Assembly: GCA_964407715.1 (NCBI GenBank)
Contig: CAYOWP010000011.1
Coordinates: 1 to 34,286, forward strand
Source: an uncultured archaeon
GTDB lineage: Archaea > EX4484-52 > JAADEF01
Direction: 5' to 3'
DNA: 34,286 nt
The first letter of the stretch is position 1; the number at the start of each line of letters is the position of its first letter. A program made the position numbers and the translations under genes. Below are positions 1 through 8,463 of this stretch, piece by piece. The notes under the pieces were generated by a model that had not been told where the DNA came from, searched no databases, and was given only the letters and a program-made list of their open reading frames with translations.

Positions 1-1155
1 CCCCGCTGTCTTTGGTTGGGGACAACCTTCGCTACACTTAGCCCACACTTAGGGACCTTAACCCTGGTCTCCTTTGTTTAGGTCTTGCGCGACAGGCTTA
101 CCCCAAGCCGCGCTGGCTCCCTGCATCTTCGCAGTAGGTGGCTTCGGAGTTTGACTGGGAACCGAGCCCTTTCGAGCCCTAAGCTCCCAATCAGTAACTC
201 TACACCACCTACAAGCTCCGCAGAGGCTATCCTGCGGGATATTTCGGGGGGAACCTGCTAACGCCCGGTTCGATTGGCATTTCACCCCTACGCCAGGGTC
301 ACCCGAGCACTCGATACAGCACCGGTTGCGGGCCTCCACGTGCCTTTCGGCACGTTTCACCCTGCCCCGGCGTAGATCACCGGGCTTCAGGTCGTGTCCC
401 AGTGACTATCCTGCCCTTTCAGACAGGATCCCCTCGTTCCAAAAAGGAACTGCGGGATTTCGCTTTCGCTACGGCTTAGCCCTGCATCAGGGCTTAACCT
501 CGCCACTGAGACACACTCCCCGGCACGTTTTTCAAAACGTACGACAGGAGTCCGTTTCCCTTAATGGGAAACTTTTAACCCCTGTCTAACCGTAGCCGTG
601 TGGTTTCAGGCTCTTTTCACCCCCTGCTAAGGGCTCTTTTCAGCGTTCCCTCACGGTACTCTCTTCGCTATCGGACTCGGGGAGTATTTAGGGTTGGAGC
701 CTGTTGCGCCCCTCCTTCCCCGGCGATTTCCAACGCCAGGTACTCTACCCTATCCCAATTACCTCATTTCATTGATCTACGGGGCTATCACCCTCTTTGG
801 CGTCCCATTCCAGGGAACTTCGATCAATGAAATGAGGTAACTATATGGGATAGGGTCTCCAAACCCCACATCTCCTCTATCTTGCGATAGAGGATTTGGT
901 TTGCCCTCTGCCGCTTTCCCTCGACGGTACTCACGGCATCCCATATTGGTTTCTTTTCCTCCGGGTACTAAGATGATTCAATTCCCCGGGTTCCCACTCC
1001 CTGCCGGGAGCGCCTCGCAGAGCAAGGCAGGTCTACCCATTCAGGCATCCCTGGGTCTTAGGCTGCATGCGCCTCACCAGGGCTTTTCGCAGCTTGCCAC
1101 GCCCTTCGTCGGCTCCCGAGCCCAGCCATCCACCACACGGCGTAGAGGTGGATGT
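1..1155 (-). rRNA. rrl: 23S rRNA gene, 5' portion (continues beyond left edge; 5' end approximate)
   Basis: Reverse complement contains the conserved archaeal 23S 5' motif GCCGTGTGGTGGATGGCTGGGCTCGGGAGCCGACGAAGGGCGTGGCAAGCTGCG plus GAGTCCGATAGCGAA, GTACCGTGAGGGAA and GGGGTGAAATGCCAATCGAACC; GC-rich relative to flanks. Confidence 0.97.
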
Positions 1156-1282
1156 GTGTCCATTTACTCACTGGGAACCTATACATGAGCATCATCGCGA
1201 AGCATCATTCCGCTTATCGCTAGCTTCTCATCCCCTAGCAATGGCTAGGGAACTCACACATATAAACATTACTTAACAGGAA

Positions 1283-1297
1283 TTTAAAAATATTTTG
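1283..1297 (-). promoter_or_regulatory. Putative BRE/TATA promoter for the 23S rRNA gene
   Basis: Minus strand reads CAAAATA-TTTTTAAA just upstream of the GC-richer leader (~1156-1260). Confidence 0.45.
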
Positions 1298-1329
1298 CTT
1301 ATAATGCATAGGATAATGAATAAAAAATT

Positions 1330-2169
1330 TGGTTAACGGGAAGAAATCGTTATCATCAGCATATCGCAGCATGGTAACCGCTCTAAGGGGTTAGCTGCTT
1401 CCTAACCGCTTAGAAAGGTTAGCTGCTTCGATACGCCAAATGAAAGGGTTATGTTTCCCCTTAACCATTTTTATTTTTAAAATAATATGGTTAACGGGAA
1501 GAAATCGCTTTTAGAAAGGTCTCGCAGCATGGTAACCTGATTAAAAGGTTAGCTGCTGGAAAACGCTTTCTCTACAAGATATGCTTCCCCTTAACCATTT
1601 TTATTTTTAAAATAATATGGTTAACGGGAAGATGTCACGATCACGAGCACATTACAGAATGCTAACCTTCAGGAGATGTTAGCTGCTTACCAATCCTTCA
1701 AAAAGGTTAGCTGCTTCGATATGCCCTCTTGAGAGGTTATGTTTCCCGTTAACCATTTTTATTTTTAAGATAACATGGTTAATGGGAAGATATCACCATC
1801 ATAAGCACATAGCAGCGTGCTAACCTCTATCAAAGGTTAGCTGCTTCGATATGCCCTCTTGAGAGGTTATGTTTCCCGTTAACCATTTTTATTTTTAAGA
1901 TAACATGGTTAATGGGAAGATGTCACTATCACGAGCACATAACAGCATGCTAACCCTCTCCAAAAGGTTAGCTGCTTCAATATGCTGAATGAAACGGTTA
2001 TGCTTCCGCTTAACCAATTTCATTTTTTAAAATGGTTAACGGGAGGACATCACCATCATAAGCGCATTATAGCATGCTACCTCTTGGAGATGTTAGCTGC
2101 TTCCTAACCGCTTAGAAAGGTTAGCTGCTATAATGCGGCTCATTGATGGGTTATACTTCCACTTAACCA
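1330..2169 (+). repeat. Palindromic repeat array 1: six units (1330-1467, 1488-1597, 1618-1755, 1776-1885, 1906-2016, 2033-2169)
   Basis: Each unit reads TGGTTAAYGGGARG-N22-GCAGCATGSTAACC-N9/10-GGTTAGCTGCT-(optional 28-bp module)-N27-TTCCNNTTAACCA; lengths 138/110/138/110/111/137; A/T linkers 16-20 nt. Confidence 0.96.
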
Positions 2170-2238
2170 ACATGATATAAAACCCGTTTTATAGCCAAGT
2201 AGAAAAATAATAAATTATTATGTGAAGTATAAATTATT

Positions 2239-3150
2239 ATGGTAATTCCTATATGGAAGAGGGATAAAAAGGTGTGCAAGTTAATTGAGGGAATAAGATC
2301 ACTTAAAATACAGGGTTCTCATATTGTTGCTAAAAACTGCATTGATATTCTTAGGGAAATTGCCAATAAAAGAGGATTCGAGAGCAAGGAATTTAATGAA
2401 ATGGCGAATTTCCTACAAAGTTTAAGACCAACCCAAGTGTTGACATATAATCTCATTGAGTATGTCAAGCAAAGAAGAGATATGAAAGCATTTAGCAACA
2501 TCAATAGATTTCTCGAGAATTGTTATGATGAAATATTTGAAAAAGCTTTGAATTTTCTTGAGGGTAATGAAGTTATATTGACTCATTGCCATAGCTCAGA
2601 AGAGCTTTATGTACTTAAAAAGGCTTATGAGTTGGGATATAGATTCAAGGTATTCGTGACTGAAACAAGACCAAAACTTCAAGGAATAAAATCAGCTAAA
2701 GAACTAGCTAAATGTGGCATCAAAGTAAAGTATATAGTTGATGATGCAGCAGGATTTTATATGGATGAAGTAGATGCGGCTATTTTTGGGATTGATGCTA
2801 TTACTAAAGATGGTGTTTGGAATAAAATAGGGACTTATATGATTTCTCTTGCAGCTAAGCACCATGCTAAAGATGTGCTCTTTATAGGAGATATCATGAA
2901 AATTGATCTTAGAGAATATACCTATATAGAAATGCGAAATCCGAACGAGATAATCTCAAAAAGAGAACTTAACAATCCGAATATTGAAATTCTAAATCCA
3001 TCTTTTGACCTTACACCATGGCATCTCATTGATGCTGTAATAACAGGAAAAGGGGTAATAAAAGATTCCTCAATATTTGAGAAAATATCTTATGAAAAGC
3101 TTTTTAATATCTTAGATGGATATCCTATCAATATAGAAAACTTAAGCTAA
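2239..3150 (+). CDS. Ribose-1,5-bisphosphate isomerase (eIF-2B alpha/beta/delta family)
   Basis: Motifs IQG, RPT, THCHSS (catalytic Cys), ETRP, GIDAI (catalytic Asp), NKIGT, NPSFDLTP. Confidence 0.85.
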   Translation: MVIPIWKRDKKVCKLIEGIRSLKIQGSHIVAKNCIDILREIANKRGFESKEFNEMANFLQSLRPTQVLTYNLIEYVKQRRDMKAFSNINRFLENCYDEIFEKALNFLEGNEVILTHCHSSEELYVLKKAYELGYRFKVFVTETRPKLQGIKSAKELAKCGIKVKYIVDDAAGFYMDEVDAAIFGIDAITKDGVWNKIGTYMISLAAKHHAKDVLFIGDIMKIDLREYTYIEMRNPNEIISKRELNNPNIEILNPSFDLTPWHLIDAVITGKGVIKDSSIFEKISYEKLFNILDGYPINIENLS

Positions 3151-3175
3151 GCAAAAGATAAAAAGGTGCTCTCAA

Positions 3176-3805
3176 ATGTTTGAGTCAATTATATCTATCA
3201 TAAATGAGCATCTCATCGCAATATATTTGCTTGTATTTCTAATCTCTTTTTTTGAGTTCATTATAGTAATAGGAAATGTAGTCCCAGGAACAACCTTGCT
3301 AATCATAATCTCTTTTCTTTCAGCAAATTCAAATATCTATCTAAGCTCGCTCTTTCTTCTTGCACTCCTGGGTTCTACTTTGGGAGATTTTGTTTCTTAT
3401 TATTTAGGTAAAAAGTATGGCATAAAGATTTTCAAGAAATTAGAATTTAGTAGTGAAAAGCAACTCGCTGATTCTTTCAAAAGGAAAATTAAAGAGGGAA
3501 AATGGTTAAGCTTTATCTTATTAGGAAAGCTAAATTCATTCATAAGAAGTTTTACAGGTTTCTCGGGAGGAATTAGGGAGATGTCTATCAAAAGATTCTT
3601 TTTAGCAATCCTAATAGGGAATATCGCATGGGTCTCTATATATATTTGCCTTCCATATACTCTTGGCTATATTGCCAAAAAATATGTCTGTATGATTAAT
3701 GGAATTACATTTATTTTGGTAGTCTTGATTTTTATAATTATCTCAATTGCAGATGGAAGCATGAATGAGATAATCTCGTTTGTTAAGAATAAACTCAAGA
3801 AATAA
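3176..3805 (+). CDS. DedA family membrane protein
   Basis: FFE...GNVVPGT, GSTLGDFVSYYLGK and basic/G-I-R-E-M segment; several transmembrane stretches. Confidence 0.88.
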   Translation: MFESIISIINEHLIAIYLLVFLISFFEFIIVIGNVVPGTTLLIIISFLSANSNIYLSSLFLLALLGSTLGDFVSYYLGKKYGIKIFKKLEFSSEKQLADSFKRKIKEGKWLSFILLGKLNSFIRSFTGFSGGIREMSIKRFFLAILIGNIAWVSIYICLPYTLGYIAKKYVCMINGITFILVVLIFIIISIADGSMNEIISFVKNKLKK

Positions 3806-3823
3806 AAAATAAATTTTGTTAAA

Positions 3824-3897
3824 TGGACCGGCCGGGATTTGAACCCGGGGCCACTCCCACGCCAAGGGAGCATTCTACCAGTCTGAACTACCGGCCC
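3824..3897 (-). tRNA. tRNA-Ala(GGC)
   Basis: Cloverleaf GGGCCGG...CCGGTCC-A with G3-U70 Ala identity pair; anticodon arm CTCCC-TTGGCGT-GGGAG; TTCAAAT T-loop; CCA not encoded. Confidence 0.95.
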
Positions 3898-4106
3898 TTC
3901 TCCTTTGATTTCCTATCCTCATGATAAGATTCTTGATTTGTAAAATCCTTCTTATAATATTTTTTCCATAATTTTCTATAAACATCCTCTTGATCCCTTA
4001 TCTTTTTATAAAAATGTATCCTATATGCCAAATAAAAGAAGAAACATATTAGAACAAGAAAAAATATAAATCCAACCTCTTGCTTTGTTAATGGCATTAT
4101 TATCAC
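3888..4106 (-). CDS. Small single-pass membrane protein, hypothetical (start may be 4097)
   Basis: One hydrophobic helix plus basic tail; follows the HIT gene by 4 nt; stop codon lies inside the 5' end of tRNA-Ala. Confidence 0.6.
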   Translation of the reverse strand: MIIMPLTKQEVGFIFFLVLICFFFYLAYRIHFYKKIRDQEDVYRKLWKKYYKKDFTNQESYHEDRKSKEKGR

Positions 4107-4110
4107 TCTC

Positions 4111-4653
4111 TCACATATCTGGTAAGATCTCTATTTCATCAAATATCTCTCCCTCATATTCCTCATCACTTCTCTCCTTCTTTTCTGAAGATGCAACTTT
4201 ATGCTCATCACTGCTTTGCTTAGATTGAGGAATCCTTCCTATCTTCTTTTGTATTTCCTCAATTTCTTTCTTTGCTTTTTCATCAACAGGAAATGCAACC
4301 TCTAAACTATGTCCTTTTTCTTCATAACGTGGAATTATATGAAAATGTACATGCTTAACTACTTGTCCAGCGCTCTCTCCATTGTTGCTTAAGATGTTAA
4401 ATCCCTTTGCATCTAACACTCTAACAAGATGATCAGCAACATGCTTAAGCACAACACCAAGTCTTTGAAGTGTTTCCTCATCCATCTCCAACAGAGTTGT
4501 ATAATGCCTCTTTGGAATTATTAATGTGTGTCCTCTGCTTCTTGGATTTATATCCAAAAAACCAATAAAATCACTATCTTCATATACAACTGCTGCAGGT
4601 ATCTCTCCATGTATTATCTTGCAAAATATACACTCTTGATCCATAATAATCAC
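4111..4653 (-). CDS. HIT family nucleotide hydrolase with acidic C-terminal extension (start likely 4644)
   Basis: CIFCKI, DINP..GHTLIIPK, AGQVVKHVHFHIIPR. Confidence 0.93.
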   Translation of the reverse strand: MIIMDQECIFCKIIHGEIPAAVVYEDSDFIGFLDINPRSRGHTLIIPKRHYTTLLEMDEETLQRLGVVLKHVADHLVRVLDAKGFNILSNNGESAGQVVKHVHFHIIPRYEEKGHSLEVAFPVDEKAKKEIEEIQKKIGRIPQSKQSSDEHKVASSEKKERSDEEYEGEIFDEIEILPDM

Positions 4654-4728
4654 TTCACAAAAGTTTACCTTATTAATATTATCTTAACCTTTTGAGATTT
4701 TATAAATTTTTCATTTCATCCATGATTT

Positions 4729-4982
4729 TTGGCATTGTCCAATAATTCTCTATTTGTTAAGCGGAAAAGTAACCTCTTAAAGAAGCACATTAGAGTAAGC
4801 TAACCTTATAGAGCCAATGCGATTGTAAGAATAAATTTTCTCATTAACAAATCTTCATCAAAAATTATTGGGCAATTTGTTAACGGAGAGCATAGCCCTA
4901 TTCAACGGGTTAACTGCTCTCATGCGCTTCTGTGAGAGGTTATGTTTCCGCTTAACAATAGAGAATTATTGGACAAAGCCAA
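4729..4982. repeat. Repeat locus 2: two degenerate units in inverted orientation forming a ~75-bp inverted repeat
   Basis: 4729-4805 is nearly the reverse complement of 4907-4982; contains family motifs GAGAGGTTATGTTTCCGCTTAACA and GGTTAACTGCT. Confidence 0.85.
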
Positions 4983-5108
4983 TGATTTTTGATCAGAAGA
5001 AAATTATATATTTAAGTTCTACCTAAATATTTTATATAACAATCCATTCAAATCAAAATTCAAAATTAAATTCCATAAGATATCATGATAGGGTGTGGAG
5101 GGATCAAA

Positions 5109-6173
5109 ATGTTTGAGAGTATAATAAAAAATGCTATGGAAAGGGTAAATCAACAAGAATTTGAGGTTGAAGATGCAAAAATAGTAGTTGTAGGAGTTGG
5201 AGGAATGGGATCAAATGTAATTAATAGATTAACCGATGTTGGTATAAAAGGGGCTGAGACTGTTGCTATGAACACTGATATGAAACATCTAAGAATGATT
5301 AAAGCTCACAAAAAAGTACTATTAGGGCAAGAACAAACAAAGGGATTAGGAGCAGGAGGTTATCCAGAGATAGGTAGAAAAGCAGCAGAAGAAAGTATGA
5401 ATGAGATAAAAGAAGTTCTAAGAGATGCTGATATGGTGTTCTTAGTAGCAGGAATGGGGGGAGGTACAGGTACTGGAGGTGCGCCTGTAATTGCAGAGAT
5501 AGCAAAGCAACAAGGCGCTATAGTAATAGGAGTAGTAACAATGCCTTTTAAGATAGAAGGTGCAAGATTACTAAAAGCAGAGCAAGGTCTTGCAAACCTA
5601 AGAAAGGTTACAGATACTGTGATAGTGATTCAAAATGATAGATTAGTAGAGATTGCAGGAAATATGCCTCTTCAACAGGCTTTTGCTGTTGTGGATGAAA
5701 TAGTAGTTACAATGATAAAAGGCATTACTGAAACAATTTCCATACCTTCCATAGTAAATTTGGATTTTGCTGATGTTAAGGCAGTTATGAGTGTAGGTGG
5801 TGTAGCTATTATAGGATTAGGAGAATCAAGCTCTGCTGCAAGAGCTCGAGAGGCTGTGGAGCAGGCATTGAGGAATCCACTATTGGATGTGGATTATCGC
5901 GGAGCAAATGGTGCATTAATACACATCACCGGAGGAGAAGATTTAAAACTTGATGAGATTAATGAAATAGGAGAATATGTTTCATCTATGCTGGATCCAG
6001 GTGCCCAGACAATATGGGGAGCAAGAATAGATCCTGCTATGAATGGTAAGATAAGAGTCATTACCATTATAACAGGAGTTAAGAGTCCTTATATCCTTGG
6101 CAAGGATGTTGAGGTTAAGGAAAAAAGAGATATAAAGATGGAAGAGGATCTCGGAATAGAGATGATTAGATAG
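5109..6173 (+). CDS. ftsZ: Cell division protein FtsZ
   Basis: [26 protein letters not shown] tubulin signature, NLDFAD; start 5109 follows a GGAGG-like RBS (ORF track start 5085). Confidence 0.98.
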   Translation: MFESIIKNAMERVNQQEFEVEDAKIVVVGVGGMGSNVINRLTDVGIKGAETVAMNTDMKHLRMIKAHKKVLLGQEQTKGLGAGGYPEIGRKAAEESMNEIKEVLRDADMVFLVAGMGGGTGTGGAPVIAEIAKQQGAIVIGVVTMPFKIEGARLLKAEQGLANLRKVTDTVIVIQNDRLVEIAGNMPLQQAFAVVDEIVVTMIKGITETISIPSIVNLDFADVKAVMSVGGVAIIGLGESSSAARAREAVEQALRNPLLDVDYRGANGALIHITGGEDLKLDEINEIGEYVSSMLDPGAQTIWGARIDPAMNGKIRVITIITGVKSPYILGKDVEVKEKRDIKMEEDLGIEMIR

Positions 6174-6272
6174 CATAATTTCTCAAGATGAGCCTGCCTC
6201 CTTGACCTCTTATTGTGTTTTTGTTTTATTTATTATTTTTATAAAGTTTACGGATTAAAATATCTCTAATTT

Positions 6273-7631
6273 ATGGGGAAATTTGAAATAAAAGTCTATG
6301 ATGAGATATTTAATATACGATCCATTACCAAATTATATAAAGATATAATAAAAGGATATCATGAAATGCTAAGTATGACATCTGAAATATTAAATGGGAA
6401 ATATTCTCATCCTTCATATCTAAAGAACACCTATAGGAAGATTAGAAAAGATATATTAAACGCGTATGAAAAAGAATATCCAACATTAAAAAAAGAATTT
6501 GAAAATTTTATTGAGTTTTTACAACAAAGGTTAAGTAACACTGCTAAATATGGCATGATAGATATAGAGTATAGAATAAAGGATCCATATTCTTTATTAG
6601 AGAAGATGTTTAGATACTCTGTAAAGATAGAGCCTGGAAAGGCACCAATAATTAGTGATTTGCTAGGAGTAAGAATTAAAGTAGATAAGGAAAACGCTTC
6701 AGATATAATTAGGGATAATATTCAAAAGGTAGTAATGAAATCTCATAATCTAACTTTTTTTATTGAAACAAATATCTTAGAAGAAAGAAAAAGCGATAAG
6801 ATAAAAGATCCTGAGGTATTATTGGAGTATCAAGATAATATCTTAAAATGGCAAGGATTGGTTATTGAATACTTAGGCATAGATATTCCAAGGAAAATGA
6901 ACCATATCAATATAATTTCTGGAGTTCCTGGTTCTGTTTATAAAATGTTAAGGAATAGAATAAAAAGAATTGCATATAGGGATAAAAGTGAAAGAATAAG
7001 ATTATGCAAGTTTAAGATAAGAGATGAAACATTAAAAGATAAGTTCACCTCTGGAAGAATATATCTAAAATATGATCATGAAAGAGGCACATTATTTATA
7101 TTGATTCCAACAAAGAAAATAATTGAAAAAGAAGTATATGAAGATTACAAGATATTATATAATATCCTGTGCAAAGGAGAAGATTTAAGAATATATGATG
7201 TAATGAAGAGAAAAAAGATTTTCAGACCGCATTATGCAGTAGAAAAAATAGAGATCCCACTTTTGTTTAACCAACTAGGCATTAATCTTCATGAGTTCCT
7301 TCCATGGGAAAGGGCAAATCCACCAAAAGAGATAATAATTACAGGCAATGAGTCTTATTTTTATTCAGGAAAAATAGCATATTTTAATAAGAAAAAGGCA
7401 GAGGCTATTCCCTTTTTAGAAATACAGATTTTAGATAGAAGGCAAGGATTGATCTTTGATAAAGGAGAAAAGTATAATCATCTTGCATACAAACAAAAAG
7501 AAAAAAGGAACACGATTAAGGCAATAGATAACATGGTAAAGTGTAGCGAAATACCTCCTCGAGGTAAAGACTCGGTCAAAAAGATTTTAAAATCAATATA
7601 TAAAGAATTTTGCAACCCTCAACCTGCATAG
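6273..7631 (+). CDS. RelA/SpoT-like nucleotidyltransferase with a large internal insertion
   Basis: RIKDPYSLLEK, DLLGVRI, EIQI and H..YK resemble (p)ppGpp synthetase motifs; ~250 aa lie between DLLGVRI and EIQI. Confidence 0.6.
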   Translation: MGKFEIKVYDEIFNIRSITKLYKDIIKGYHEMLSMTSEILNGKYSHPSYLKNTYRKIRKDILNAYEKEYPTLKKEFENFIEFLQQRLSNTAKYGMIDIEYRIKDPYSLLEKMFRYSVKIEPGKAPIISDLLGVRIKVDKENASDIIRDNIQKVVMKSHNLTFFIETNILEERKSDKIKDPEVLLEYQDNILKWQGLVIEYLGIDIPRKMNHINIISGVPGSVYKMLRNRIKRIAYRDKSERIRLCKFKIRDETLKDKFTSGRIYLKYDHERGTLFILIPTKKIIEKEVYEDYKILYNILCKGEDLRIYDVMKRKKIFRPHYAVEKIEIPLLFNQLGINLHEFLPWERANPPKEIIITGNESYFYSGKIAYFNKKKAEAIPFLEIQILDRRQGLIFDKGEKYNHLAYKQKEKRNTIKAIDNMVKCSEIPPRGKDSVKKILKSIYKEFCNPQPA

Positions 7632-8460
7632 AAGAGTTATCCGCTGCGAAGAAGATTAGCATGGTTTTTCAAACGCTTAGAAAAGTTAGCATGTCACAAA
7701 ATGCTTTAGTGAAGATCATGAATGGTTAACGGAAAAACATTGCTTTCCAAAGCACATTGGAGCATGATACCATCTTTTAAAGGTTAACTGCTATGATATG
7801 CTGAATGAAAAAGGTATGCCTCCCGTTAACCTCATTTATTTTAAAAAATGGTTAATGGGAGGAAATCGCTATTACAAAGGCGCATCGCAGCATGATAACC
7901 TTTAAAAGAGGTTAGCTGCTTACCAAACCTTCAAAAAGGTTAGTTGCTATGATGCGGCTTATTGAGAGAGTATACTTCCCGTTAACCTGTTTTTAAAATA
8001 ACTGGTTAACGGAAAGAAAACCTCTACTCAAGGGCTTGCAGCATGGTAACCCTCACAAAGGTTAGCTGCTCCGATACCTCAAACAAATTGGGTATACTTC
8101 CCCTTAACCATGTTTTTAAAAAATAAAATGGTTAACGGGAAGAATACACTATCAATAAGCCACATCAGAGCAGCTAACCTCTATCAAAGGTTAGCTGCTG
8201 TTGGACTGTCTCTCACAAGATTATGCTTCCCGTTAACCTGTTTTTAAAATAACTGGTTAACGGGAGGAAATCACTAACACAAAGGTTTTAGAGCAGCTAA
8301 CCTCTTTTAAAGGTTAGCTGCTTCCTAACCGCTTTGAAATGGTTAGCTGCTCCGATACCTCAAACGAATTGGTTAGGCTTCCCTTTAACCATACTTTTAT
8401 TTAGAAACTTTTTTGTCAACATAAAAAATCGCCTTTTCAAAGATCAAAAGCAGCTAACTA
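7632..8460 (+). repeat. Palindromic repeat array 3: five full units (7723-7832, 7849-7988, 8003-8110, 8129-8239, 8254-8391) plus degenerate flanking pieces (7632-7720, 8414-8460)
   Basis: Same terminal inverted repeats, GGTTAGCTGCT cores, optional 28-bp module and A/T linkers as array 1; fills the gap between two convergent genes. Confidence 0.95.
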
Positions 8461-8463
8461 AAT

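Noticed and set aside
746-856. 19-bp perfect inverted repeat inside the 23S gene, possible intron or insertion
   Set aside because: Consistent with a normal long variable helix of 23S domain I enclosing conserved rRNA sequence; no ORF or BHB seen
58-1276. ORFs 58-360, 326-589, 600-830, 901-1188 and 1067-1276
   Set aside because: They lie within the 23S rRNA gene or its leader
1320-1490. Simple MITE insertions with target-site duplications
   Set aside because: Terminal inverted repeats exist, but no convincing TSD can be read in the A/T flanks and no transposase is present; left open rather than called
1487-2062. Array of short peptides starting ATG GTT AAC GGG AAG (MVNGK)
   Set aside because: Stops fall at inconsistent positions, several units lack the ATG, and the 28-bp module is not a multiple of three
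1330-2169. CRISPR array interpretation
   Set aside because: No single constant 24-47 bp repeat with unique spacers; variable segments are short, mutually complementary and reused across loci; no cas genes in the window
7723-8391. Integron attC cluster (TAAC...GTTA ends, similar size, hairpin fold)
   Set aside because: No cassette ORFs between units; many units end CTTAACC so the GTT crossover triplet is not conserved; bases next to the ends pair rather than forming the unpaired spacer; no integrase visible
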